Part shown: positions 10,719-22,760 of the stretch, one piece after another
How the letters are laid out: every line of letters starts with the position of its first letter
Position numbering within the stretch: the stretch's first letter is position 1
DNA from: Octopus bimaculoides
Lineage: Eukaryota
Reading direction: 5' to 3'
Assembly (NCBI RefSeq): GCF_001194135.2
Contig: NC_068984.1
Coordinates: forward strand, 107,735,741-107,767,977
DNA length: 32,237 nucleotides
Notes under the pieces: generated by a model
What the model was told of the DNA's origin: nothing
What the model saw: the letters and a program-made list of their open reading frames with translations, nothing else
Database searches by the model: none
Made by a program: the position numbers and the translations under genes

Positions 10719-11079
10719 GTTGGCACTCCGTCGCTTACGACGTCGAGGGTTCCAGTCGATGCGATCAATGGAACAGCCTGCTCGTGAAATTAACGTGCAA
10801 GTGGCTGAGCACTCCACAGACACGTGTACCCTTAACGTAGTTCTCGGGGATATTCAGAGTGACAAAGTGTGACAAGGCTGACCCTTTGAATTACAGGCAA
10901 AACAGAAACAGGAAGTAAGAGTGAGAGAAAGTTGTGGTGGGAGAGTACAGCAGGGTTCGCCACCATCCCCTGCCGGAGCCTCGTGGAGCTTTTAGGTGTT
11001 TTCGCTCAATAAACACTCACAACGCCCGGTCTGGGAATCGAAACCGCGATACTATGACCGCGAGTCCGCTGCCCTAACC
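10719..11079 (-). mobile_element. Third tRNA-derived SINE family, near full length (head runs into gap)
   Basis: Minus strand begins GGTTAGGGCAGCGGACTCGCGGTCATAGTATCGCGGTTTCGATTCCCAGACCGGGCG, a tRNA-like head with a B-box, followed by a GC-richer body that ends in ...CGACGGAGTGCCAACAAC. Confidence 0.75.
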
Positions 11080-11997
11080 NNNNNNNNNNNNNNNNNNNNN
11101 NNNNNNNNNNNNNNNNNNNNNNNNNNNNNNNNNNNNNNNNNNNNNNNNNNNNNNNNNNNNNNNNNNNNNNNNNNNNNNNNNNNNNNNNNNNNNNNNNNNN
11201 NNNNNNNNNNNNNNNNNNNNNNNNNNNNNNNNNNNNNNNNNNNNNNNNNNNNNNNNNNNNNNNNNNNNNNNNNNNNNNNNNNNNNNNNNNNNNNNNNNNN
11301 NNNNNNNNNNNNNNNNNNNNNNNNNNNNNNNNNNNNNNNNNNNNNNNNNNNNNNNNNNNNNNNNNNNNNNNNNNNNNNNNNNNNNNNNNNNNNNNNNNNN
11401 NNNNNNNNNNNNNNNNNNNNNNNNNNNNNNNNNNNNNNNNNNNNNNNNNNNNNNNNNNNNNNNNNNNNNNNNNNNNNNNNNNNNNNNNNNNNNNNNNNNN
11501 NNNNNNNNNNNNNNNNNNNNNNNNNNNNNNNNNNNNNNNNNNNNNNNNNNNNNNNNNNNNNNNNNNNNNNNNNNNNNNNNNNNNNNNNNNNNNNNNNNNN
11601 NNNNNNNNNNNNNNNNNNNNNNNNNNNNNNNNNNNNNNNNNNNNNNNNNNNNNNNNNNNNNNNNNNNNNNNNNNNNNNNNNNNNNNNNNNNNNNNNNNNN
11701 NNNNNNNNNNNNNNNNNNNNNNNNNNNNNNNNNNNNNNNNNNNNNNNNNNNNNNNNNNNNNNNNNNNNNNNNNNNNNNNNNNNNNNNNNNNNNNNNNNNN
11801 NNNNNNNNNNNNNNNNNNNNNNNNNNNNNNNNNNNNNNNNNNNNNNNNNNNNNNNNNNNNNNNNNNNNNNNNNNNNNNNNNNNNNNNNNNNNNNNNNNNN
11901 NNNNNNNNNNNNNNNNNNNNNNNNNNNNNNNNNNNNNNNNNNNNNNNNNNNNNNNNNNNNNNNNNNNNNNNNNNNNNNNNNNNNNNNNNNNNNNNNN

Positions 11998-12039
<42 letters not shown>

Positions 12040-13376
12040 TTATTTATTTATTTATGTATATGCACACCCACAAAATATTAAGCTGACGTGAGTCAGAATG
12101 CAAGAATCAGAAATTGGGAAATTATGTGATTTTACGATGCCATTTCTTGAACAGCCACGACTTTGATTAGAATTAATTCAAACAGAACTGAATGAATACC
12201 CAGCCATCAGTGTCTCAGAAGGTAAATTAAATATCTTTCAACTTCCAACAGTGTCTTTCAAAGGTACAAAATACACTTAAACTTTGACTATTGAAAATCA
12301 ACAGAGTCTATGCACATGTGAATCAACATCACAATGTAGCTCTCTGGAGTTCAATACAATATCAAAAACTGTAATTTTATCGAAAGCCCTGTGGAGAGAA
12401 ATAGTTGTATTGGGTTCGAAGTATTTTCAAAATAGTAAATAGCCATTTCGTCCTCACCAAAACTGCTCCATTAATGAAATGTAGCTTAAAAGAATGTTGC
12501 GAATTATATGATCAAAAGTCGTTTGAAGCTTGTGGCCAGTTTAATCTTAAGAGGAGAAGGAATTTTGTTTTTATTATTTGCTAGCTTCATAAAATTCTAA
12601 TCATTCTACTTTGGAACAAAAGAATGTTTTTGATCATTCAGAAGCACTGGAAAATCTTATAAACAATGACAATCTAGTTCTTCACTATTTTGTTATCACA
12701 ACAGAAGTTTTGTTAAAGCATGGTTTAAGAAGAAAAGCAAGCAGCTGTTACATGATATTATGCAAGACAGATACTGAATTTAGTTAATACTTTTAATTTC
12801 TTTGTTTTACTCGGATTCCGGAATAAAATTAATTATTATTCGGATTGATCTTGTTCTAAACTTACTCCTTGATCAGACGATGAACTTATATAATGTTACT
12901 TGAGAATTATTACCTAGAATCTTCAAAGTTATTTCTAAACAATTGAGTCATTGACTAGTGAAATCATTCAAAATTTGAACTGAAATTGTATGATGATGGT
13001 ATTCGAGTAGAAAGCCCATTCAGAATGAAGAAATAAATTACACATGAAAAGAAAACCAAGAATCTGGGGTTGCCAGAGGGATGACCAGAAGAATAAAAAG
13101 AGTATTGGCGTGTTAACAAAATGGAAGGAAGATTTATTTGCCTCTATGATTTGGATTTAAAATTTTAATTCGTATTATATACTCGGCAAGTTGGTGTTTA
13201 AATAAAAGAAGGCAGCATCGTTCATTGAGTTAATATATTTAAAAATCTGTATGATATATATAAATATACATATATATATATATATGGGAGAATATACGAA
13301 AAAACAACAACAGACGAGGACAGGTGGTGTAAATAACAAAAGGATGTATTAGTATGACGCTCGGGAATACGGAAAG

Positions 13377-13413
13377 TCTTTGACGTTTCGAGCTACGCTC
13401 TTCAACAGAAAGA
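13377..13413 (-). ncRNA. Minimal (Penelope-type) hammerhead-like motif with one core substitution
   Basis: Minus strand: UCUUU CUGUUGA A GAGC GUA GCUC GAAAC GUC^AAAGA. Stem I is UCUUU/AAAGA, stem II is GAGC/GCUC and stem III is the palindrome ACGU. The core is CUGUUGA rather than CUGAUGA. Confidence 0.5.
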
Positions 13414-13494
13414 ATACGGAGACAAGGAGAAAAACACGGAGAAAATATATATATATATATATATATATAACAAAAGATGAAAGTAGTAACAATA

Positions 13495-13719
13495 CTGGCT
13501 AGTAATGTTTGACAACATGGCTATTCCGTACGAACGGAAGCAACTGTAATTTTTTAACCCCCAAGAGAACATTTTCTCTAGCTGGTTAACGACGGAACCT
13601 GCATCCGATATATTGCAAGCAGGGGAGCGAACCCCTACTACCTTCTAGCGGCTTGACAGGAGTAACGTCCGTTCGTACGGAACAGTAATGTTGAAGTGGC
13701 AACAAACATTACTCGCCAG
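13495..13719. mobile_element. MITE, 225 bp, TA target-site duplication (Tc1/mariner-type)
   Basis: TA|CTGGCTAGTAATGTTTG...TTCCGTACGAACGGA on the left; TCCGTTCGTACGGAA...CAAACATTACTCGCCAG|TA on the right. The TIRs are ~50-60 bp with one indel; TA is at 13493-94 and 13720-21. Confidence 0.8.
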
Positions 13720-14306
13720 TATAGGTACTGCTTTTACCTCTGACTAAGATATTATAACTAGCTACTTGGATCTGTTCAGATCTGTTCAGAAGTGGCTGTC
13801 TGCTAGTAGAGAGGGAAAGAGTAAGGAATTCACGGTGCTGACTAGAAAGGAAGAAAGGATAACATACGAATAGAACGGAGTGGGGATATTTAGCAGAGAT
13901 AACTCGGGAGTTGTTCCTCTTCGATTACTATCGCAAACGGCATTAGATTTCTTCAACTGAAAACACATCATTGATTGGTTTTAATTACCCAAATACGACA
14001 ACTTTAACACTAAATAACTTCTAAAATACGAAATTTTGTCAAACATGTTCAAAATAAACCGTGTTCTGTGTGAGAAATTACACCAGTATACGAAGTTTTA
14101 AACTGTTTAGTTAAGAAAAATTAATTTAGAAATTTGTGAGCCAAACTACTTTGCTAACATACATACATACATACGGATGATTATATTATCAATGTCGTTC
14201 ATTTGAGACAACAGTTTATAAATTAAGGAAGAGTTGTTTATTTCTATCTGATCGAACAGCTCTACAGTGGTGTAATCGTTGAAAAAATTATTCCTCCAGC
14301 TAATTA

Positions 14307-16821
14307 CTCTGGGGTCCCAAATTATAGGTGGTGCTGAAATAAGCAGGTGGATTGCACATTTGCTTAAATTCATGTAAGCAGGTGGGCTGGTATCAACGGG
14401 GTTGGGGGGGAATAAATAGCTGTCAAGTGTATGTACGAAAATTAGGAAAAAGCACATCTAACAGAACAACGAGGCAAAGGAAACAAGAGGCAAGTGAAAT
14501 TAGCACATACGTGTGCTTCAAACGTTCACTTTAGTTAAGATATACATTTGGATGGTAAAAGTAAGACATTTGTTAATTATGGTAATTCTGGGATTTTTTT
14601 AATGCTGTGGACTAAACAGATATTGATACAAGCAACACGTCTTTAAAAGAAATGAAAGTAAAACAATGAAAACAGTTAAATTACTGTTTCGTGAACTTGC
14701 AGTATTTATTATATTATACATAATAAAACAGAACACTCCGTAAATAAGTATGAATGATAGACTCCTGATTTATCGTCATTGTCCTTCTGCAGGTTTCTTG
14801 GTTTCGATATTCACTTCCTTGCGGGTCGCGGAGCTTCATTCACAGTTGACATGAGTTTGCTTCGATATGGCAAGAAAAGTGTAGAGGTCTCGTTTTCATC
14901 CAACACTTTCTGTATTTTTTCAAGAAACAGTGCATCTTTATTAACCTGATCATCACTGCTGATTCCAACAAGAGGGATAGAGCTTCCTGTCATCATGTTT
15001 GGCCGACCGTGCTTTGGCTCCTGCGAAACCTCCATGGGGATTTCTCCAGATGTGTCAATCACCTCCAAAAGATTCCCAGGTGGCTCGCTTTCATCTTCTG
15101 ACTCACTTTCGACAGCTATTTCCTCAATGCTGTCAACATCAAATAATTCTGAGCTTTCAATACTGTTTGCACATTTGACCCCTTTCAGTAGAATGAAGGA
15201 CTCGCTGAATAGTATTTTGGCAGGGCTTTGACATCATCTCTCGACGAAACCCTCGCATCGACGGACCGACGAGGTGCATGATTCGGTCTGACACCTTATA
15301 ATCTTCAGAGCCATTGAAAGCATTTGTGGTCCACGTTGACTTGAAAGCAGCTTTGACATCAATGTTGCAATCTGCATATGCTTGATGTAGCATCTGCATC
15401 ACCTCGGTTTGATTAGGCGTGGGTGGAGTTTGAACAAACTTTCCTTGCATCTTTGCCCTCTCTATTTCGCGATATTTTGCTTTCAGATGTTTGTGCAAGT
15501 GCGTGTCGTTAACTTGAAGAAATCCGGTGATATCACCGCCGATTATGCTTAGCACATAATCCCTTTTCCAGAGAGCGTCTCTCACCCCCGGCATCAAATG
15601 CACCATGTAATCATCGAGCACATAAATGGCGAAGTTTGCATGTGAAAACATTGAATTGGTTTGGAAGGTTTTCAATAGTACAGAGCAGCTGTCCTAATCT
15701 ATAAGAACCTTTAGGAGACCACTGATATTTCATTGTAGGCAGGGGATTCAGTAGCGGTGTTCTTTTTCCATTTCTTTTAAATGCAAACTCTAGGATAAGA
15801 TTGATTTTGGTTTCATTGCTAACCTGGGTGAACACTGTGATGCGTTTCCGATACAAATGGTGGTTTTCTTTGACGAATGTATCTTGACTTCTGAATGATA
15901 AGGTAGTTTGCCCGCTACTTTCATTCCGGTGCAAGGTCATTTGACCTCTATGGATAATAGGTGAATCTACGCCAAATTTGGCAAGGAAATAACGACGCAC
16001 ACTCCATATGTTATTCAAATAATCCTGAAAGCGCTCAAAACATTGCTCTTTGGAGATTGAAATGTGTTTGTTTGGAAATTTCAGTGATATCACATACTCT
16101 TTTTGGCAACCTTTCATCCAGCCTTTTGAAAAGCAAAGCTTTTCCTCAGTTGGTATGTCTGGGTGTTAGCAAATCCACTACTCATTAAATTTCTCAGCCC
16201 GTAATAGGAAAAGAGCTTGTGGTAATCTTGAATGCAGCGATGTTCTAACATCCACAAACCATTCAAACAATATGTCTCTCACGCCTGTTTCTTTTGTTTT
16301 ACGACAGTCTCCAGCGACTCTGAAACGTTTCAGATGTTTTACATAGCAGCGTTTGGCTACTTTAACAGCAGAATCAAATAGTCGATCAGAGTTTTTAACA
16401 GCGGCCAAATTCGAGTAAAACAAACGAGATATCCCTGTTTCCGGGTGTCTGGGACATGGCGTTTTCTTTTTGCATCCCAAAGAGTTTTTCCTTTCATTCG
16501 CTCTAATTTAGAATCATACTCCCCTTTGCGTTTGTTCACCACGATATCATGTACTTGCTTTTCCTCTATAGAATAATTCCCATACGTCGCACCACGAAAT
16601 ACTTCTTTCTCTGCCATGATATTATGAAAAATTTCAAAGAGAAATTATTTGAGTCGTGTTGATTTTGTTAAATCCCTATTCTATAACAACCTTGTCCTGT
16701 AAGGATAAACAGTTCGTCATTGAAGTTCTTAGTTTGCGTGGAATTTGTGTTGGTGATTGGTAGAGAAATCGTAGAAAAATTGAAAATGAAGATTTTTTGA
16801 CTACAGTGTGGAGTAGCAGAG
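14307..16821 (-). mobile_element. Tentative full extent of pogo-like transposon (~2.5 kb)
   Basis: Candidate ends are TA|CTCTGGGGTCCC at 14305-14318 and CAGAG|TA at 16817-16823 (about 16/24 inverted identity). A repeated TAAGCAGGTGG lies just inside the 14307 end. The TIR match is weak. Confidence 0.3.
14811..16617 (-). pseudogene. pogo-superfamily (DDE_1 / CENP-B-like HTH) transposase, ~600 aa, disrupted by stops and frameshifts
   Basis: Five consecutive minus-strand ORFs join up: an HTH_Tnp_Tc5-like segment VRDILFEWFVDVRTSLHSRLPQALFLLRAEK..FSKGWMKGCQKEY; a first catalytic region IIHRGQMTLHRNESS (expected D absent); then YVLDDYMVH..IIGGDITGFLQVNDTHLHKHLKAKYRE, with 35 residues between D2 and D3. 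There are two in-frame stops near 16165-16180 and frameshifts near 16450, 15650 and 15200. Confidence 0.85.
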
Positions 16822-17184
16822 TAAACTCAGGCGTATGTTACAGACTGGCGCAGTTGTCCAGCCTTATGTTTTTATAAACTCTGACTGGTTGTAAAGCATA
16901 TTTTCTGGCAGCAATTCCCTTGCTTTCTATGTATCCTCAAGCAGGTGTGTTGTGTCGCGAAATGATCTATCTTCTTACGGTTGAAGGTTATCAATGCTCT
17001 CAGATGTTGAAGGCTCACCCGCATGAACGTTGGCTACATATACTGTGGATAAATATTTTTTTCTATGTGTTATGAAAACAAAAAGAACACTCCACGTTTT
17101 TTCCCATTCCTGTCATCTGTTTTTTTTTTTTGTTTTTGTTTTTGTTTTTTTTTCAGTCAAAATAATAATGAATTCCCCAGAGTT

Positions 17185-17454
17185 TGTTGTTTTGTACTAG
17201 TAACGGGGGTCAGTTTAATCGACTTTCCCCACTTCCCTTTAAATTGCTGGCCTTCTACCTAAGCATCGGGAAACGTGCCTTGCAGCATAGAGTTATGGCC
17301 AATTACGTTCTGAGTTCAATCCCGCTGAGGTAAGCTTTACCTTTCATCCCTACGGGGTCGATAAAATAAAGCACCAGTAATGTACTGGGCCGCTTTAATC
17401 CACTTATCCCTCCCCACACATTGATGGCCTTGTACCTAAATGAGAAATCATTAT
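17185..17454 (+). mobile_element. Meta-domain-like SINE (~17260-17454) preceded by a 3' fragment of another copy
   Basis: GTTCTGAGTTCAATCCCGCTGAGGTAAGCTTTACCTTTCATCCCTACGGGGTCGATAAAATAAAGCACCAG...GGCCTTGTACCTAAATGAGAAATCATTAT. Confidence 0.75.
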
Positions 17455-18146
17455 CTAAAATTTTCTAGGCTGTCACCCTTGATTTTCTTTAAAACCAGAA
17501 TAAGCTATTTAGTATATATATATATATATATATATATATNNNNNNNNNNNNNNNNNNNNNNNNNNNNNNNNNNNNNNNNNNNNNNNNNNNNNNNNNNNNN
17601 NNNNNNNNNNNNNNNNNNNNNNNNNNNNNNNNNNNNNNNNNNNNNNNNNNNNNNNNNNNNNNNNNNNNNNNNNNNNNNNNNNNNNNNNNNNNNNNNNNNN
17701 NNNNNNNNNNNNNNNNNNNNNNNNNNNNNNNNNNNNNNNNNNNNNNNNNNNNNNNNNNNNNNNNNNNNNNNNNNNNNNNNNNNNNNNNNNNNNNNNNNNN
17801 NNNNNNNNNNNNNNNNNNNNNNNNNNNNNNNNNNNNNNNNNNNNNNNNNNNNNNNNNNNNNNNNNNNNNNNNNNNNNNNNNNNNNNNNNNNNNNNNNNNN
17901 NNNNNNNNNNNNNNNNNNNNNNNNNNNNNNNNNNNNNNNNNNNNNNNNNNNNNNNNNNNNNNNNNNNNNNNNNNNNNNNNNNNNNNNNNNNNNNNNNNNN
18001 NNNNNNNNNNNNNNNNNNNNNNNNNNNNNNNNNNNNNNNNNNNNNNNNNNNNNNNNNNNNNNNNNNNNNNNNNNNNNNNNNNNNNNNNNNNNNNNNNNNN
18101 NNNNNNNNNNNNNNNNNNNNNNNNNNNNNNNNNNNNNNNNNNNNNN

Positions 18147-18186
<40 letters not shown>

Positions 18187-19999
18187 GATAGATAGACAGT
18201 GTGTGAGAGACAGACAGACAGAGAGATATGTGTGCTTTTATCATTTTGTCAGTGTTATATCTAATATGTACATAATTTTGATGAAGTTGGAATCCGCCAA
18301 ATATGTTACTGTTTCTTGATGAAAGTATTGTCACTAAAATCATTTGTATTTGATTTTGTTACGTCTAAATATTCGTTTTCGAAGACGATAGATGGTGGAA
18401 AGTGAGTTTATGGAACATTTTGTGATTGTGGTAGTTAGGTGCCTTAATCAGAGAAGTTATTGTAGTGTGGTGAAGTTCCTGTGTAGATTATGTAGAATGC
18501 GTACGAGTTTTAACACTGACGTGCGTCCGTTCTTGGCCTGTCCGTATTATTTTCGTGCCACATCATGCTGTGTGTACTGAATATATTTCCACGGATAGTA
18601 TTTGTGAGTTATGTTGGTCTATATAGTCGAGTGGAACCGTTGGTAATGTTACTGGTGTTACGTATTCTTTTATTTCGTACATAATCCGTTTTTGTTTTTG
18701 CTTTTTGTTTTTTGTTTTTTTTTTCCTAAGCCTTTTACCTTAAATACTTACATTTCCAGTGAATTGTCATGTAGTTTGCGTCATTTGTGTTATCTATGTG
18801 TTGAATGTATGACTTTGTGTATGTTATGAGAGTTCGACAGAAGTTTGCCATGTCTTGCTTCAATGAGGCGTAATTTGGGATTTGAGGAATTGTGATTTGA
18901 AGCTGCATCGTTGTTTTTTGTATTAATATAATGGAAGTCTTTTATAAAGAAGATTAACTTTTTTTCTTTTAGTTCTATATTAATGTTATGTTTCGATATT
19001 TTGCATTTTTGTTGTTACAATTTTGTGGTATATTTTTTTTTTTTTCTTTGGCTGCTGATGTTGGCGTTGTATGCGTGTGTGGTACTTCGATTTTGGTATG
19101 TTGTTTGGTTTTATTGCTTTCGTATTTGAAAACAATTAACAAGACCATTGTTGGAGTCAGGAAGTTTAATAAAGAAAATAATGGTGGTACTTCCGGTTTT
19201 CGGTGTTGTTTAATTATGTTTTGTTTCTGCAAAGGAGAGTGCTTACATTTTGTGTAGAAGGAAATTAATTTACTTCATTAATTTTTTCATCGATATTCAA
19301 AGTTGTAGTAGCGTAACGTTTTCAGAATATATATTAAGTGTCGATTTTCAGGACTCACACATGATTATATTCAATCATAAAAATTTACATTGGCTACGAA
19401 TCCATAATCATATTATCCTTCATTTTATTTTATTCTCACTAAAAAATTATAATTGTTAATTAAATATACTCACAATCATATGCCAGTAAGAGGAACCACA
19501 CCAATAACTATATTGATAAAGTCATTGCGAGCTAAGTGCGTTTCTCCAAGCTACAAGTAGATACTGTTTATGTGATTCGAACTATCAAGGTAATAACTGG
19601 AAATCAGGTAGACAATCGACTCAGCTGCAACTCTCAGTTTCATTTTTCATTTTTAAGTAACCTCGAGATACTTCAGTTAATAATTGGACATCGTCCTCTC
19701 CTTCTACACATATAATCTCTTTGAATCTATCTTTGTTTATTTATAATAAATGCCTATGTATGTGTATGTGTGTTTCTAGATAGATGTGTACATAGGCGGA
19801 ATTCTTGTCAAAACAAATCTTAATTACAAAGCTTCAATTCTATCCCCATCTTGAACTTTGATACAATCTTTATCTCTTAACTACTTTGTAATCGAATGAA
19901 GAACCGGATATAAACGCTTAAAAGAATGATATAGATTATAATGACATTATTACCGATATTATGATAATTTACAAAACTTAGCGTCATTTTGTCCTCTTT

Positions 20000-20034
20000 A
20001 GGTTCTGGGTTCAAATAACGCCGAGGTCAACTTG
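20000..20034 (+). mobile_element. SINE head fragment abutting LINE
   Basis: GGTTCTGGGTTCAAATAACGCCGAGGTCAACTT matches the B-box region of the Meta-like SINE; it joins the LINE at the shared AACTT. Confidence 0.55.
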
Positions 20035-21801
20035 TTAATTCCAGTTGTAAAATTCCACGGCCTCCCTCTTTTCTTAGCAGATAAAGCTGTTCTCTATCTG
20101 CCTTAGGGCATTCTATGCATTGTCAACAATTTCGTATTTTTCTGCCAAGATTACATATGTCAGTAATTGACCACCTAATGATATTGAAACTAAGTCACGA
20201 CTAGTATGGCTAAAGTATTGATCGCTTCGATCCTGTTTCTTACATTGAGCTGTCTTGAGTATTGCTCTTACCCTGTTATAAAATTCCCTTCTGATCCTTT
20301 CTTTCATCACTGAATGTTTGATTCCGTCCCCTTCAAATACCCCTAGGTATTTGTAGCTCTCCACTGGTTCTAACTCCTTTATGACATTCTGCTGGTCAAG
20401 GTTAACGTTAGATGTTTCTGTCATTTTTCCTTTGATAACGGAAGCTTTTTCACACTTATCGAGGCCAAATTGCATCCTGATATCATCACTGAATTGTTCA
20501 ACAATCGCTAGTACTGTAGTTGTTGGTCATTTTTTACAAAGAGCTTTAAATCATCCATGTCAATGAGGTGATTTATATTTTTATCAAATATTTCATAACC
20601 GTACAGTACATGATTAAGCAATTTCGAGAGAGGTATTAAGGCTAGACAAGAGAAGTGGTGATAGAGAGTCACCCTGGAAAATGCCACATGAAATTCTCAC
20701 ATCTCCAGCATTAAGAGATTCATTGTCACTGTTCAAAGTTAGTATTGTTCTTCATGATATCATACTTACAGACAAGACGCTTCGCAGAGTAGGTGCAATT
20801 TTATACATCTCCAGACATTTCTTAATCCAGCTGTGTGGTAGACTAACAAACGCTTTTTTATAGTCTATCCAGGCTATTATAGTCTATCCAGACAAGTTTT
20901 TGTGTCGTTTGTGACAATCTTCCAAGATCATCTTATTGATGAGTAACTGATCTTTACAACCATAGCCATAGCACCCACGTTTACATCCTTTTTGCTTATT
21001 AAGGAATATGCCACTTTCTATTAAAGAACTATAGGTATATTCAGTCAAGACAGGTATTAGCATTTTATACATTGTTGTTAAGCAGGTTATGGGTCTATAA
21101 TTTTTTGGTTCATTTGTTTCTTCATTTTTTGGAAGTAGGAACGTTACACCATTAACTAGCGAAGAGGGAATCATACTAGGTTGTTGCAAAACATTATTGT
21201 AAAGTTTTGTTAGCAGTTCATGGTTCTCTGGGAAGGCATTCAACCAGAAGTTAGGAATCTTATCCTTTCCTAGAGACTTCCATTTGCTTGACTTCCTGAG
21301 AGCAGATCGTACATCCTCTACCCTGATACCCTCCCACTTTTGCTCTTCTAAGGAGTCTAAGTCTGTAAATATTCTATCAATCCAAGGGACCTTTTCATTG
21401 TCTTTTTTTTTCTTCTGCCCAAATTTTATTCCAAAATTCCTGCACTTCTTCATTTGATGGGACAGACTTTACTGTAACTTGTATTTTCCCTATCTTCCCG
21501 TAAAATTTTTGGGGTTATTTTTTAACCTGTTGTTGTACTTGAAGAATCTAAAACGCTTTTCATACCTTGCTGTGCGGGCAGCTTTAGCACATACCTTTTG
21601 CTTGATGGTTTCTATGGTGATATCAATGTGAAATATGGTTTTCATATTATATTTTTTCTTTAATTTTCGGGTTTTTGTAGGTTTGATAGTCTTGTCAAAC
21701 TTGAGGCTTTTTAAACATTCTATGTTAGAACTAAGTAGCTGAATTTGGTGTTGAAGAAGGCTTTTTGTGGGAATGTGGTCGTTTTCTAATCTTTTTACCA
21801 C
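20033..21801 (-). mobile_element. R4/Dong-clade non-LTR retrotransposon, reverse transcriptase region, disrupted; RLE end absent
   Basis: Minus strand gives AKAARTARYEKRFRF..; WKSLGKDKIPNFWL; FLLPK..PKNYRPITCLTTMYK; QKGCKRGCYGYGCKDQLLI; IAWIDYKKAF; GIFQGDSLSPLL; DMDDLKLF; MQFGLDKC; YKYLGV; PKADREQLYLLRKEGGRGILQLE. These are RT motifs typical of the R4/Dong clade. Confidence 0.92.
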
Positions 21802-22110
21802 ATAGAATCGTTGAGAGGTTATGATGTTAGTCGCCTTCGTGGTTTTGATTTTTGAAGTGGCCGTGTCAGTTGTTGGCTGTTAGCTGATGTGTGTGTGTGT
21901 GTGTGTGAGTTTATAGAAATGGTAGTGTATCTACAGAAATGGTGTGCGTAAATGGAGATTTTCAACAGGATCTATTAATGATCTTATCAGCACTATTCCT
22001 CATATCGTGTATTATTATCTATGACGTTCAAACCGTCTGTTGTTTTTGTACTCTAATCAGTTCGACGAAAATCTGCAAAAACACTTTATACATATGAACA
22101 TACAAACATA

Positions 22111-22760
22111 CAGGGTGGACGTCAAAGTTTGTCCAAATATGACCTTTTCGTAGACGCCAATGGTGCTTAAAGTTCATTTACAATGAAGGACGCAGCTGCA
22201 AGAGTGACAGAAGAAACACACTACCATGTGTCGTCGTGAACGAAAGAACTACCGATGTGGTAGATTTTCCTCAGTGCACACATACGTTAGGCATGGGTTG
22301 TATTTTGTTCACTAACGAAACCAAGGCAACCCTTGACGAAACTAACGGTTGGGCAAACGGTTGGGTCTATTTTGGAAATGAATGTCACCAACGTTTACGA
22401 CGTCAACAACAGGGTGGTGGATGAGTCATGTTGTTGGCTAGTATCATTGGAGACAGACGTGTTCGCCAAGTCAGGGTGCCTGTAGAGGTTAAAGTGACCG
22501 CAACCGCCTACTGCAATCTCCTGAAGAAGGCTTGGATCCCTGGCTGGATGACATAATGCTGTCACTTCTAAGGAATCTCGAATCAATGCATCACAACCCT
22601 TTTAAGACCACCTATTTACGTCGAAAGATGTCTTATGGGCGACCATCAAAGCTGCAACAGAGGCAGTCCAAACTGCATCTATTAAGAAATTGACAGATTC
22701 TATGACTAATAGGGTTTTTGAAGTTATCAGTCGAAATGGCGTTCATGTGGTTAAATAATT
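22111..22760 (+). mobile_element. Tc1-like transposon, internally deleted and decayed
   Basis: Starts TA|CAGGGTGG at 22109-22118. It translates ILFTNETKATLDETNGWANGWV..RLRRQQQGGG*VMLLASII..VRVPVEVKVTATAYCNLL, matching 'VLFTDE.RATLDGPDGW..RRQQGGGGVM.WAGII', and later LWATIKAA..EVISRNG. No convincing right TIR was found. Confidence 0.8.

Noticed and set aside
11020-11079. tRNA-like sequences with B-boxes (also ~10150, ~17310, ~25670)
   Set aside because: No complete cloverleaf or acceptor stem; they continue into SINE bodies, so they are SINE heads, not tRNA genes.
12180-13140. Possible decayed hAT-like coding sequence on the minus strand
   Set aside because: Only vague motif similarity with stops in all frames; not supportable by eye.
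1869-18343. Long ORFs spanning N runs (e.g. 8776-10017, 8879-10222, 10996-12081, 17440-18195)
   Set aside because: They are open only because N codons contain no stops.
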